Source of the DNA: a virus
Taxonomy: Duplodnaviria; Caudoviricetes
Virus record (IMG/VR): IMGVR_UViG_3300042477_000769
Direction: 5' to 3' (one strand)
DNA length: 64,000 bases
Shown here piece by piece: positions 37,120 to 47,059 of the stretch. Every line of letters begins with the position of its first letter. Position 1 is the first letter of the stretch. A program made the translations under genes and the position numbers. The notes under the pieces were generated by a model. It was not told where the DNA came from and did not search any database. It worked only from the letters and a program-made list of their open reading frames with translations.

Positions 37120-37632
37120 ATGAGTAAAAAAACGTTACTATTAAATGCTTCGTATGAAGTATTATGTTTTATTCCAGAAAGAAAAGTTTGTAAACTTATC
37201 ATTAAAGATAAAGTGGAAGTTATTTCTGACTGGGATGATTATATCATTTGGGGTAAAGGAAAAGTTAGACACCCATCTATTTTACGATTAAAAACACATA
37301 TTAGAAGAAACTTTTTTAATTCTAATTTTAGTCGTAAAGCTCTGATTAAAAGAGATAAAAGTACTTGCCAATATTGTAGTAAAAAATTACCTGCGTCTCA
37401 AATAACTATTGACCATGTCCTTCCTCGGGCGCAAGGTGGTATTACTTCATTTACTAATTGTGTAGTATGTTGTCATACATGCAACAATAAAAAGGCTGAT
37501 AAAACTCCAGAACAAGCTAATATGGTGCTTTTAAAAAAGCCAACTCACCCTTCTTTTGCGACACATAATTATGTGTCAGACCCTCAAGAATATTGGCACC
37601 ATGATTGGGATGATTTCTTAGGATATAGCTGA
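37120..37632 (+). CDS. HNH endonuclease
   Basis: LLLNASYE, CQYC, TIDHVLPRAQGG...NCVVCCHTCNNKK. Confidence 0.92.
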   Translation: MSKKTLLLNASYEVLCFIPERKVCKLIIKDKVEVISDWDDYIIWGKGKVRHPSILRLKTHIRRNFFNSNFSRKALIKRDKSTCQYCSKKLPASQITIDHVLPRAQGGITSFTNCVVCCHTCNNKKADKTPEQANMVLLKKPTHPSFATHNYVSDPQEYWHHDWDDFLGYS

Positions 37633-37691
37633 AAAATTTAGATCATGCAATAATCCTATATACCTATACACCTAGATATATAGGATAAACT

Positions 37692-37937
37692 ATGATTAAA
37701 GAAAACTGTAATTGCATTGTGTGTGCTAAAGAGTTTGATCCAAACTTATTACATAGTGTCGCATTATCTGCGATTAACGCTACTAATTTTAAAGTTTGCC
37801 AAGCCTGCTTGGATAGTTCTGATCCTGCTGAAGATTATCAACAGGTTAGAGAAATTGTCTTTTCATATTTAAAATATGCGACTGCTAAAAATTTGTTTAG
37901 TGATGTCCATTCTATTCTGGAATCTAGAAAAAAATAA
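37692..37937 (+). CDS. Small zinc-finger protein
   Basis: CIVC...CQAC. Confidence 0.55.
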   Translation: MIKENCNCIVCAKEFDPNLLHSVALSAINATNFKVCQACLDSSDPAEDYQQVREIVFSYLKYATAKNLFSDVHSILESRKK

Positions 37938-38096
37938 TTAGAAAATATCGATAATAATAACAGACGTGTTTTCTTTATTTTCTTTGGGAGGTGGAGGGAC
38001 TAAGGGCTGTTCCATTTCAATATATAATGGAAGAGGTTCAAAGTTATCTTTCTTTTTCTTTTCTTTTTTATGAATAAATGGATAAAAAGGGCTCAT
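37938..38096 (-). CDS. Small hypothetical protein, 52 aa (not in ORF track)
   Basis: MSPFYPFIHKKEKKKKDNFEPLPLYIEMEQPLVPPPPKENKENTSVIIIDIF fills the intergenic gap exactly. Confidence 0.45.
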   Translation of the reverse strand: MSPFYPFIHKKEKKKKDNFEPLPLYIEMEQPLVPPPPKENKENTSVIIIDIF

Positions 38097-38143
38097 TATG
38101 CCACCTCTAATAATATGCCGGAATAAGCATAAAGGAAAAAAAT

Positions 38144-38347
38144 ATGTTATGTTCTAGCTGTGCTAAATTAGCTTATATCCCGACTCAAAAAAAATGTATT
38201 CGTTGTCAAGGCGCTGTCGCCATTAGTATAGCTATTTTATGTGATTTTTGCTCAAATACTGAAAAAAAATGTGCAGTATGCATTAAAAAAATAATAACCG
38301 AAGCTGAAAGACAAGCTAAACGTGGCTGTAATTGTGGTGGAAAGTAG
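38144..38347 (+). CDS. Small Cys-rich protein
   Basis: AAGGA SD; four CxxC motifs. Confidence 0.6.
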   Translation: MLCSSCAKLAYIPTQKKCIRCQGAVAISIAILCDFCSNTEKKCAVCIKKIITEAERQAKRGCNCGGK

Positions 38348-38362
38348 TTATATAGGAAAGTA

Positions 38363-38797
38363 ATGATTATTACCAATAATGAAGATGCTTTGCGCGTTAC
38401 TTGCGAAGAAGTAAAATTAGAAGAAGTTAATGAATTAATTTCTACTTTGGAAAATGAACTAAGCTATGCCAATAACTTAGGAAAAGGCGGAATTGGATTG
38501 GCGGCCCCTCAAATTGGAATAGCTAAAAAAATTGCTATTATTAGATTGCCCAATATGTCGTTAAATTTAATTAACTGTCATATTGATCAAGGTTATGATT
38601 TGTCCCTCTTTAAAGAAGAGGGCTGTTTGTCTTTTCCAGGACGAGTAGAAAATACGATGAGATTTCAAGAGGTTCATATTTCAAATAATTTAACCTATCC
38701 ATATAAATTTATCGCTCAAGGATTAATTTCTGTCGTATGTCAACATGAGTTAGATCATCTAGGATCTACTTTATTTATGGATCGTAAAGCCAAATAA
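38363..38797 (+). CDS. def: Peptide deformylase
   Basis: GIGLAAPQIG, EGCLSFPG, QHELDHL. Confidence 0.95.
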   Translation: MIITNNEDALRVTCEEVKLEEVNELISTLENELSYANNLGKGGIGLAAPQIGIAKKIAIIRLPNMSLNLINCHIDQGYDLSLFKEEGCLSFPGRVENTMRFQEVHISNNLTYPYKFIAQGLISVVCQHELDHLGSTLFMDRKAK

Positions 38798-38819
38798 ATT
38801 ATTAGCAGTTAGGATAATT

Positions 38820-39065
38820 ATGGATAAAAAAAATATGGTAGAATTAACTAATGACATGTTAATTGCTGATCTACTGATGAGAGTTAAGTGCATAGAAAAT
38901 CTCCTAATAGCTAAAGGAGTCTTTTCTAAAGAAGAATTACTCGCAGAAATGGAAGTAGTTGCTAAACAGATTGCTAAATCTGTATTAGAAAAAGCTGGCG
39001 TTTCTAATGAAAATGTAGAAAATTTATTACAAGTTTTTTCTCAAAATAAACCTACTGGAAATTAG
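38820..39065 (+). CDS. Hypothetical protein
   Basis: AGGA SD; operon context. Confidence 0.55.
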   Translation: MDKKNMVELTNDMLIADLLMRVKCIENLLIAKGVFSKEELLAEMEVVAKQIAKSVLEKAGVSNENVENLLQVFSQNKPTGN

Positions 39066-39066
39066 T

Positions 39067-39384
39067 ATGTTTTTTCTTCTTGAAGAAAATGACTTTAAAA
39101 TCCAAAATGGAAGACAAGCCTTGTATTTTTATTCTACTTGGATGCCGTTTCATAAGAAAATGAATTCCATGATTTCAAAAATAGAACAAAAATATAAAGA
39201 TATTTCCTTTTGCGCTATAGATGTAGATCTGTTTAAGTCTCTGACTAAAAGATTTAGCGTAACCTCTATTCCAACTGTGATAATTCTTGTCAATGGTATC
39301 GAGAAAAAAAGGATTACCGGAATAGTAATGACAAGTGCTTTTAAAAGTATGTTTGCTGATATATGTAATACTAATATGGAGTAA
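39067..39384 (+). CDS. Thioredoxin-fold protein lacking the CxxC active site
   Basis: LYFYSTWMPFH, AIDVD, FSVTSIPTVIILVNG.E..RITG. Confidence 0.75.
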   Translation: MFFLLEENDFKIQNGRQALYFYSTWMPFHKKMNSMISKIEQKYKDISFCAIDVDLFKSLTKRFSVTSIPTVIILVNGIEKKRITGIVMTSAFKSMFADICNTNME

Positions 39385-39386
39385 TT

Positions 39387-39713
39387 ATGAATAAAAAGAA
39401 AATTGTTAGAGAACCAACCTTAGCCGAATTAGCCGCTCAACAACAACAAGAGAATGATGCTGATATGGCTTCTAAAATGGAAAATACTGTAGCTGGAGAA
39501 ATTTGGAATGAAATTAAAGATTTAAAAATTGAAATGTTCTCATTACCCAATCAATTTGTGCATATGCACTGTCATCCAGTAATGATTGAGCCCTCTAAAT
39601 TGTATTTAACTGTTAATTCTTCTGCCGTGCTGCCCTCATTAGAGGTGGCAGTGGGCAGTAAATTTACTGCCGATTTAGAAGGTAAATTTGTGACGGTAGC
39701 TCGAAATAAATGA
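39387..39713 (+). CDS. Hypothetical protein
   Basis: Operon context. Confidence 0.55.
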   Translation: MNKKKIVREPTLAELAAQQQQENDADMASKMENTVAGEIWNEIKDLKIEMFSLPNQFVHMHCHPVMIEPSKLYLTVNSSAVLPSLEVAVGSKFTADLEGKFVTVARNK

Positions 39714-39719
39714 GGCCTT

Positions 39720-40157
39720 ATGTCATTTGACGATCATGATGAACAGCCATCACTCCAATCACAAAAGATTGGACTTAAAAAAGTTAGCACTCAACAGTCT
39801 ATTTTTGACTCTATTCCTAAAAAACCGAGTCAAGAAGAGTTTACACAAGGAGTGCAAAGAGTGCAGGAAAAAGCATCGGCATCTAAACGCCGAGCAGCGG
39901 ATTTAGCAGTCAAATTTTATAATATGATGTCAGATAAGACTTTACCGCAAAATAAGAATCAATTCCAAAAAGATTTGGAAATTGAATTATTGAAAGATAT
40001 GGTGAACTTTGCTTCGGACATTAATACTGATCCGAATGAAAAAGAAGGCATGGGATCTATCAGTTTAATTGCATTAATGTTGAAAAACGCCATCTCTCAA
40101 AGAGATAGAATAAATAACTTGGAATTTCTAATTTCTAAATTAGAAAAAAACAAATAA
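39720..40157 (+). CDS. Hypothetical protein
   Basis: GAGG SD; operon context. Confidence 0.55.
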   Translation: MSFDDHDEQPSLQSQKIGLKKVSTQQSIFDSIPKKPSQEEFTQGVQRVQEKASASKRRAADLAVKFYNMMSDKTLPQNKNQFQKDLEIELLKDMVNFASDINTDPNEKEGMGSISLIALMLKNAISQRDRINNLEFLISKLEKNK

Positions 40158-40195
40158 TTATTTAAGATAAGGGCGGACTTGACATTATTTGACTA

Positions 40196-40393
40196 ATGGA
40201 TAAATTACCCATGATTACTAAAGAATACCTATTATCTCTAATTTCTGAAGAAAAAGAAAAATTTAGTAAATATTCTCAATCATGCACAAATTATCAAATA
40301 ATCATCGATCCACTGGCTACAGCCAGACATCAGGGCAAATTGGAAATACTTCAGCTTTTACTTCTCAAGGAGAAAGTTTTATCCAAAACTTAA
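40196..40393 (+). CDS. Small hypothetical protein
   Basis: 65-aa ORF overlapping the next gene; TTGACA at 40179-40184 upstream. Confidence 0.4.
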   Translation: MDKLPMITKEYLLSLISEEKEKFSKYSQSCTNYQIIIDPLATARHQGKLEILQLLLLKEKVLSKT

Positions 40394-40914
40394 TCATTCA
40401 AGCTAACTCTATTCCTCTAAATAATTTATTTAATTTCTATAAAATATCCATTAATCCAGTTACTAAAATGACGGTATGTCCTTTTAAATCCCATAAGGGA
40501 GGAAGAGAACAGACGCCGTCATTTAAATATTATGCCCATTCTAATTCCTTTAATTGTTTTGGGTGTAAAATTGGTGGAGGAGGCTGCCAATTAGTAATGA
40601 ATTTAGAAAATTGTTCTAAAATTCAGGCAGCAGAAAAAATTATGGCTAGGTGGGGAGAGGACTGCACTAATGATGGTGATGTTTTTAACGCCTATTCCTA
40701 TCAAAATCAAGAAGAAAGATTTAAATTATTATTGAAATTTTCTCAAATTATGAGAGACTTCTATTCGGTATATCAAACGCCATGCGCTCTAGCGCATATG
40801 GAACAAGCCTGTCAAAAATTTGATTCTTTATTCTTTAAAAGAAATTTAAGCGATGAAGCAATCACTCGAATAATTGAACAGATGCAGATTCATTTGTCTT
40901 ATTTCAAACCTTAA
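40282..40914 (+). CDS. CHC2 zinc-finger protein (DnaG zinc-binding-domain-like, no TOPRIM)
   Basis: CPFKSH...TPSF...FNCFGC. Confidence 0.8.
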   Translation: MHKLSNNHRSTGYSQTSGQIGNTSAFTSQGESFIQNLIIQANSIPLNNLFNFYKISINPVTKMTVCPFKSHKGGREQTPSFKYYAHSNSFNCFGCKIGGGGCQLVMNLENCSKIQAAEKIMARWGEDCTNDGDVFNAYSYQNQEERFKLLLKFSQIMRDFYSVYQTPCALAHMEQACQKFDSLFFKRNLSDEAITRIIEQMQIHLSYFKP

Positions 40915-40915
40915 A

Positions 40916-40953
40916 GTGAACTACCACTACCATAAAAGTAGTGGCTTCTTAGG
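40916..40953 (-). mobile_element. Orphan copy of the IS right end found at 1978-2015
   Basis: rc = CCTAAGAAGCCACTACTTTTATGGTAGTGGTAGTTCAC, 37/38 identical to 1978-2015. Confidence 0.85.
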
Positions 40954-40962
40954 AAGAGAATT

Positions 40963-42147
40963 ATGTCGGTTATTATCTTGGGAGATACCCATCTGGGTAG
41001 ATCTTTATCTATTGGAAAAGTAGGAATTGGCGCCACCCTTAATAGTAGAGTGGCGGATCAATTAAACCTATTAGATTGGACTTTAGATTTAGCAGTGGAA
41101 AAATGTTCCAGTGATATTATTATTACTGGAGACATTTTTGAAGAACCTCGGCCTAATCCACAATTAATCACTATGTTTATTGCCTGGTTAAAAAAATGCC
41201 AGGCATACCATATTCATGTTCATATTATCATGGGAAATCATGATTTATATCGAAGTGGAAACGTATTTGTGTCATCGCTAGATATCATTAGCGAAATGGA
41301 TTTAGAATATGTTTCAGTATATAAAGAGATTAATACTATTATCATCGGCTCAAATGCTTATACTTTAGTTCCTTTTCGCGATCGTAAATCTTTTATTACT
41401 GATTCTAATACTGATGCTTTAGCTATTTTACAAAATACTATTAGTTATGAATTAGCTTCTATTCCCATTACTTATACTAAAATTCTCATAGGCCATTTAG
41501 CCATCGAGGGCTCCATTCCGATTGGCGATGAAATTGATGACTTAACCAATGAGTTATTTTGTCCAGTAACCATGTTCAACGGTTATGATTATGTTTGGAT
41601 GGGGCATGTTCATAAGCCCCAAGTCATGAAAAAAAGTAATCCATATGTAGCTCATATTGGCAGCATGGATATCTCTAACTTTGGAGAAACTGACCATAAA
41701 AAACATGTAGTCATTATCGAAGATTCAAACTACTCAATCGAGTATTTACCGACTCGACCCTTAAAGAAAATTACTATTTCCGTTCCTAAAGAAACGGAAA
41801 ATACCACTGAGTTCATTTTAGAATCACTAAAAAATGAAGTAGATTTTAGTAAATCTATCGTTAAATTAGAGATTTCATTATTGGATTCTGAATTAAAGTC
41901 GGTCAATAAGTCAGAAATTGAGACATATATTATGTCTCAAGGCGCTTTTAATGTCGCTAACATTTCAGAATCAAAAAAATTGAATCTCATTAAAAGAGAT
42001 ATCAATAATAATATTGATACCAAAATGGATGTTGTTTCTGCTATTAAAACGTACGCGCACACATACGTAGACGCGTCAAAAAAAGATTCTTTTATTCAAT
42101 TAGCCATGGATATTTATAACGAATACCGAGCCGAGGGAAAAGAGTGA
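40963..42147 (+). CDS. sbcD: SbcD/Mre11-like metallophosphoesterase nuclease
   Basis: GDTHLG, TGDIFE, MGNHD, IGHL, MGHVHK, GS. Confidence 0.92.
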   Translation: MSVIILGDTHLGRSLSIGKVGIGATLNSRVADQLNLLDWTLDLAVEKCSSDIIITGDIFEEPRPNPQLITMFIAWLKKCQAYHIHVHIIMGNHDLYRSGNVFVSSLDIISEMDLEYVSVYKEINTIIIGSNAYTLVPFRDRKSFITDSNTDALAILQNTISYELASIPITYTKILIGHLAIEGSIPIGDEIDDLTNELFCPVTMFNGYDYVWMGHVHKPQVMKKSNPYVAHIGSMDISNFGETDHKKHVVIIEDSNYSIEYLPTRPLKKITISVPKETENTTEFILESLKNEVDFSKSIVKLEISLLDSELKSVNKSEIETYIMSQGAFNVANISESKKLNLIKRDINNNIDTKMDVVSAIKTYAHTYVDASKKDSFIQLAMDIYNEYRAEGKE

Positions 42148-44390
42148 AACCACTAAGATTATATATTGAAAATTTCATGTGTCATGATAAGAGCTATATT
42201 GATTTTACTCAATTTAGCTCCGCCCTTATTATCGGAAATAAAGAACAAAATGAACTCCATGCTAATGGAGTGGGGAAAACAACAATCTTTAAAGCTATTG
42301 AGTATGTATTATTTAACCAGTCAGATGTGACTTTAGAGCACATTATTCGTGACGATACTGATTATTGTCATGTTATTATTGATTTTCTTATTAAAGATCA
42401 AGAATTTAGAATTTCTAGAAAAAGAACTAGAAAAGGAAATTCCGATGTTTCGCTCTTAGAAAAAAATGCTACTCCTAGCCTCCATATGGAAGCTTATCAT
42501 TTAGAAGGCGACAAATTACCCAATCCTAATTTAGATAAAGAGACTCTTAAAAAATATTGGAAAGATTTATCTGGTTCTCGTGCCGGAGACACCGAGAAAG
42601 AAGTAGCTAAATTAATAAAAATAAATCCTAAATCTTTTAGAAGTACGATTCATTTTTTACAGAATGATGTGTCTGGATTATCTACCGCAACGCCAGAAAA
42701 AAGAAAAGGTATTCTTAAAGATGCTTTTAATTTATTAATTTATTCGAAATTAGAAAAGATTGCTAAAGAACAAAGCAATCTTCTTTCTAAAGAAATCGAT
42801 AAAAATAATACTTTATTAAGTACTTTAGGAAATCCAGAGCAAGATATCAATACTATTACTGGGCAATTAGCTCAGTCATCTACTTTGTTAGTAGAGAAGC
42901 AATCAAATTTATCTCAAATTGAAGAAGTAATATCTCAATGTAATAATAATATCACTTCTTGGTTATCTGCTTGTTCTAATTTAGAAAATAAATGTGCCGA
43001 TTTGATTGCTCAAGAAAAATTAGCCACTCAAACTAAAAATAAATTAGAGATTTCGGTCAAAGAATATCAATCCAAAAAAAGCAATTCTGCCAAAATAGCC
43101 AAAGAATTATTATCTGAAATTGAAGATTTAAAAGCAACACAATTAAAATTAATTGCTTTAGATTATTCTCAGATAGAAATTTTATCAGCCAAAATTGTTG
43201 AAGCAAATCAACAAATTACTGAACACAATATTAGTATTAAAAATTATCTGGAAAAGATAGAAGATTATCGAATTCCTTTACCAGAAGGAAATATCTGTAA
43301 AAGCTGTCGCAAACCAATGTCGGTAACAGAAAAAGAAGAACATCAACAACATATTAATCAAGAATTATTGTTATGCCAAAAACAAATACAAGAAAGTAAA
43401 GCGATTATTAATAATTTTAATAAACAAATCTCTTCTTATCAACAACAAATTAATAGCTTAACTACAGCTAAAAAACAATTAGAAAATTTAAATGAGAGAA
43501 TATCTTCCAAAAATAAAGAAGTGTCTGATAAGAAAGCTCTTTATGATGAATACAGTGTTTTTCTTAAAAAATTCTCACTAGAATTAGAAGAAAAAAATGA
43601 AGAGTTAAGTAAAATAAATCAAGAACTAGCTAACTCTAGTATGGATGAAGTTAAATCTTTACAAAATAAAATAGAGTTAGAAAAGCAAAAAATTAAAGGA
43701 CTACAGGATCAAATAGGCTCTTTGAATAAAGAGATTACTCATTACAGTAATAGTCGGGCCGTGTTACAGCACACTTTAGAACAAAGAAATAAAGATAAAA
43801 TCTTATATCAAGAATTAACTACTAAGCAAGAAGAATTAAATAAAAAATTTAGTGTATATCCATTAGTAGTTCAAGGTTTTTCTTCTATTGGAATACCTAA
43901 TTTAATTATTCAAAATATTTTAAATGATTTGCAGGCAGAAACTAATAATTTATTGGCGCAATTGAAACCAGGAGGAAAAGAAATTCAACTTTCTTTTTCT
44001 ATTGAGAAAAAAATAGAAAAAACTGGAGATCAAGCTGACACCCTAGATATTAATTATGTTATTAATGGGAAAAATAGATACTATGAACAATTATCAGGCG
44101 CTCAGCAAATTGCCGTCATGTTTAGTCTAAAATTAGGATTATCATTCCTGCTTCAAAAAATGATTGGTGCTGATATTAGAATGCTGCTATTAGATGAAAT
44201 TGATCAGTCTCTAGATAAGGCCAGTGTGGATGAATATGCTAACATTATTAAATTCTTTCAAAAAGATTTTACTATCTTGATCATTACTCATAATGATCGC
44301 TTAAAGGATAAGTTTTCCCATGCTATTTTGGTAGAACAGGATATTAATATGATTTCTACTGCTCGTGTAGTTTCTTCTTGGCAAGGTTGA
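42144..44390 (+). CDS. sbcC: SbcC/Rad50-like SMC ATPase
   Basis: NGVGKTT Walker A, CKSC zinc hook in coiled coil, LSGAQQ signature, LLLDE, ITH. Confidence 0.93.
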   Translation: MKPLRLYIENFMCHDKSYIDFTQFSSALIIGNKEQNELHANGVGKTTIFKAIEYVLFNQSDVTLEHIIRDDTDYCHVIIDFLIKDQEFRISRKRTRKGNSDVSLLEKNATPSLHMEAYHLEGDKLPNPNLDKETLKKYWKDLSGSRAGDTEKEVAKLIKINPKSFRSTIHFLQNDVSGLSTATPEKRKGILKDAFNLLIYSKLEKIAKEQSNLLSKEIDKNNTLLSTLGNPEQDINTITGQLAQSSTLLVEKQSNLSQIEEVISQCNNNITSWLSACSNLENKCADLIAQEKLATQTKNKLEISVKEYQSKKSNSAKIAKELLSEIEDLKATQLKLIALDYSQIEILSAKIVEANQQITEHNISIKNYLEKIEDYRIPLPEGNICKSCRKPMSVTEKEEHQQHINQELLLCQKQIQESKAIINNFNKQISSYQQQINSLTTAKKQLENLNERISSKNKEVSDKKALYDEYSVFLKKFSLELEEKNEELSKINQELANSSMDEVKSLQNKIELEKQKIKGLQDQIGSLNKEITHYSNSRAVLQHTLEQRNKDKILYQELTTKQEELNKKFSVYPLVVQGFSSIGIPNLIIQNILNDLQAETNNLLAQLKPGGKEIQLSFSIEKKIEKTGDQADTLDINYVINGKNRYYEQLSGAQQIAVMFSLKLGLSFLLQKMIGADIRMLLLDEIDQSLDKASVDEYANIIKFFQKDFTILIITHNDRLKDKFSHAILVEQDINMISTARVVSSWQG

Positions 44391-44391
44391 T

Positions 44392-44973
44392 ATGTATAAA
44401 ATTGCTATTTGTGGAAAAGCTAATACTGGTAAAAATACTTTAAGCCAAATGTTTAAAGAATACATGGGTAGTCATCATAAAGTCATGACCATGGCTTTTG
44501 CGGACCCTATTAAACATATTATTAAAACTATGTTTCCACAAGTACCAAGAAAACACTTATTTGGCTCTTCTAAGCATCGCAATCAAATTATTCCAGGAGC
44601 CATTAAAGATGGTAACCCTCTAACTATTAGACAAGCTTTAATTGATATTGGTACTGGCTTAGGTCGTTCTTACCAAGAATCATTATGGATTAATAATTTT
44701 CACCTTCGGCTGAATAAAATAATTAAAAAAAATTACCAGATGGTCATTGTGACCGATGTGAGATTTGTTAATGAGTTTAAATACTTACAAAGCGAAGGTT
44801 TTTATTTAATAAAATTAACACGAGATAATGAAACTAAAATTAATCATATTAGTGAAACCAATCAAGATTTGATTCCTGGAGAAGAATTTAATAATATTAT
44901 TATTAATAATGGTTCTCTAGAAGAATTGTCGCAAAAAGTTAAAGAGATCATGGAGACTATAGTAAATAAATGA
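44392..44973 (+). CDS. Deoxynucleoside monophosphate kinase
   Basis: GKANTGKNT, AFADPIK, RQALIDIGT, IVTDVRFVNE. Confidence 0.88.
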   Translation: MYKIAICGKANTGKNTLSQMFKEYMGSHHKVMTMAFADPIKHIIKTMFPQVPRKHLFGSSKHRNQIIPGAIKDGNPLTIRQALIDIGTGLGRSYQESLWINNFHLRLNKIIKKNYQMVIVTDVRFVNEFKYLQSEGFYLIKLTRDNETKINHISETNQDLIPGEEFNNIIINNGSLEELSQKVKEIMETIVNK

Positions 44974-44997
44974 CCATATTATGGTATATTCTGTAAG

Positions 44998-45327
44998 ATG
45001 AGCTTTGAACCATTTAAAGAAGATTTAGTACCAAAATTTATGGCTAGTGGAGAGCATAAATTTTATAAATCTATTTTGGTGATGGCATTATATAAATTAA
45101 TGGTTATGGAGCAGGGAAGTTATGAGGGCACTCCTCCTCATATTGAGTATATGAATTTTTGTGACAAATTTATTATTTTATATCGTCGAGAAGGAAATGA
45201 AGTTTATTTAAATATTGCTAAGATGTTTCGTAAAGCGGCCCATAAAATATACCGAATCATGTTGAAAAGAAAACTAACTACTCATAACTCTAAATTTTTA
45301 ACCTTGGTTGAATATGGCCGTAATTAG
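44998..45327 (+). CDS. Hypothetical protein
   Basis: ORF in operon context. Confidence 0.55.
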   Translation: MSFEPFKEDLVPKFMASGEHKFYKSILVMALYKLMVMEQGSYEGTPPHIEYMNFCDKFIILYRREGNEVYLNIAKMFRKAAHKIYRIMLKRKLTTHNSKFLTLVEYGRN

Positions 45328-46306
45328 CATTACTCTCGAAGAATCAGTTGAGCAAATAGTTTCTGGAATTCCTAGAACTATTGCTATTACCACTAATATT
45401 GCTTCCTCCATTTTTTATACGTTAGATGGTAGTACTCCCAATTTATATTCTAATATTTATACTAGTCCAATTACTATGCCTACTAGTAACTTAACAGTTA
45501 CACTAAAAGTTTTAGCTACTAATGGCATAGATACTAGCTCTATTATTACTGAAACATATGTAACTAATTTAGTAGAGAATACTAATGCTAGATTGCCTCG
45601 TTCAGGAACTACGGCTAATGCTGGCGAGAATATTCCTAGTTTATATCCTTACGGGAATACCCCTATTCAGCCTAATGCTAATTTTGAAAATCCCGCAGAT
45701 GCCGGTATTACCGTCGATAATCCGGCCTTACCAGCTACTTCTACTGGATTTGATGGTGCTGGTAATCCTAATGCTTTTACTAATGAGCCTTTTAATACTA
45801 CTAATTATAGTATCAAGTATTCAACTACCGATTGGCAAAATAAACCCGGTTATGGCATTGGCACTTTGCCAGGACAAGTAACTATCGATATTAAGCCTCA
45901 ACCCCCAGAAACTACGAATCAAAATAGTAATACTTTTGATCCTAAAGCTTTCGTTGTCTTTCAAGATGCAGCAACTGAAGACCCTAATCTGCCGCCGTCT
46001 ATTAATAGAATGCATTTTTCATCTGAAGATTCTAATATCAATCGAGATGGAAATAATTTCTTTAATAGCGGATTAGATGCACCACCGACTAGTGGCACCT
46101 TTTTAAGGTCTCATTTTAATCCTAGAACTAATTCTATTACTTATTATTATTTAGATACGTGGAGTAATAAATGGATTATTTCCACGGCTCCGTTTAATCC
46201 AAATGGTGGATGGGATGGAAATATGGCCGGGATGGCGTTGTCGAGGCAGAGTGGGGCGGGGTTTGTATTTGAATGGCTCCCCTTCACTCGTCGAGTACTA
46301 TTCTAA
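45308..46306 (+). CDS. Fn3/CHB_HEX_C-like domain protein, T/N/P-rich, possibly virion-associated
   Basis: IFYTLDGSTP...YTSPI. Confidence 0.6.
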   Translation: MNMAVISITLEESVEQIVSGIPRTIAITTNIASSIFYTLDGSTPNLYSNIYTSPITMPTSNLTVTLKVLATNGIDTSSIITETYVTNLVENTNARLPRSGTTANAGENIPSLYPYGNTPIQPNANFENPADAGITVDNPALPATSTGFDGAGNPNAFTNEPFNTTNYSIKYSTTDWQNKPGYGIGTLPGQVTIDIKPQPPETTNQNSNTFDPKAFVVFQDAATEDPNLPPSINRMHFSSEDSNINRDGNNFFNSGLDAPPTSGTFLRSHFNPRTNSITYYYLDTWSNKWIISTAPFNPNGGWDGNMAGMALSRQSGAGFVFEWLPFTRRVLF

Positions 46307-46974
46307 ACCTTATGCTGTGCAAACTCTGTGGACTAGACAAAGAACTAAATTCTAGCAATTTTCAACAGGGCACCAATAAAAGAAATGGCATTAACCATCA
46401 TTATTGGTATCGAACTTGTCGAGCGTGTAATCGAGATAAAATTCGAGATAAAAATAAAAGATTTAAAGAGAAAAATAGAAAAAAATTAGCAGATAAACAA
46501 AAATTATATCGTGCTTCTCGACAAGAACATTATTCTCAAATAGCCAAAATTTGGTATCAAAAAAACAAAGAAGACGTTAAAATCCGCATCAAAAATAATT
46601 TGAAATTAAGACGACAAACAGATCCTCTATTTCGTTTAAAATTTAACATCTCCGCCAATATTCGTGCCTGTATTAAAAAAAATTATCAACCGGTAAAGAA
46701 TTTTCTTCCATATTCTATTGCGGAACTGAAAAAACATTTAGAACAACAATTTGAACCCTGGATGAATTGGAATAATTATGGTACCTATTCTACTTCCTGG
46801 AATGATCAGGATCCCCAAACTTGGACTTGGCAAATAGATCATATTATTCCTCATAGCACATTTAATTACACTTCACTACAAGACCCTCTCTTTCAAGATT
46901 GTTGGGCTTTAAGTAATTTACGGCCATTAAGCTCTAAAGCCAATTTATATAAAAGCAATAAAATTATTAAATAA
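46273..46974 (+). CDS. HNH homing endonuclease (likely start ATG 46312)
   Basis: CKLC, CRAC, WQIDHIIP, CWALSNLRPLSSKANLYK. Confidence 0.85.
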   Translation: MAPLHSSSTILNLMLCKLCGLDKELNSSNFQQGTNKRNGINHHYWYRTCRACNRDKIRDKNKRFKEKNRKKLADKQKLYRASRQEHYSQIAKIWYQKNKEDVKIRIKNNLKLRRQTDPLFRLKFNISANIRACIKKNYQPVKNFLPYSIAELKKHLEQQFEPWMNWNNYGTYSTSWNDQDPQTWTWQIDHIIPHSTFNYTSLQDPLFQDCWALSNLRPLSSKANLYKSNKIIK

Positions 46975-47059
46975 GCTGGCAGTTTAAAAAATATCCCAAA
47001 TTAATTGACATTGTTGTTAGGTTATATAATAATGATAACATACAACAGAAAAAGATATT

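Noticed and set aside
47005-47030. TTGACA...TATAAT promoter before the exonuclease
   Set aside because: Spacing to the perfect TATAAT is only 14 nt; alternative -10 boxes are weak, so not called
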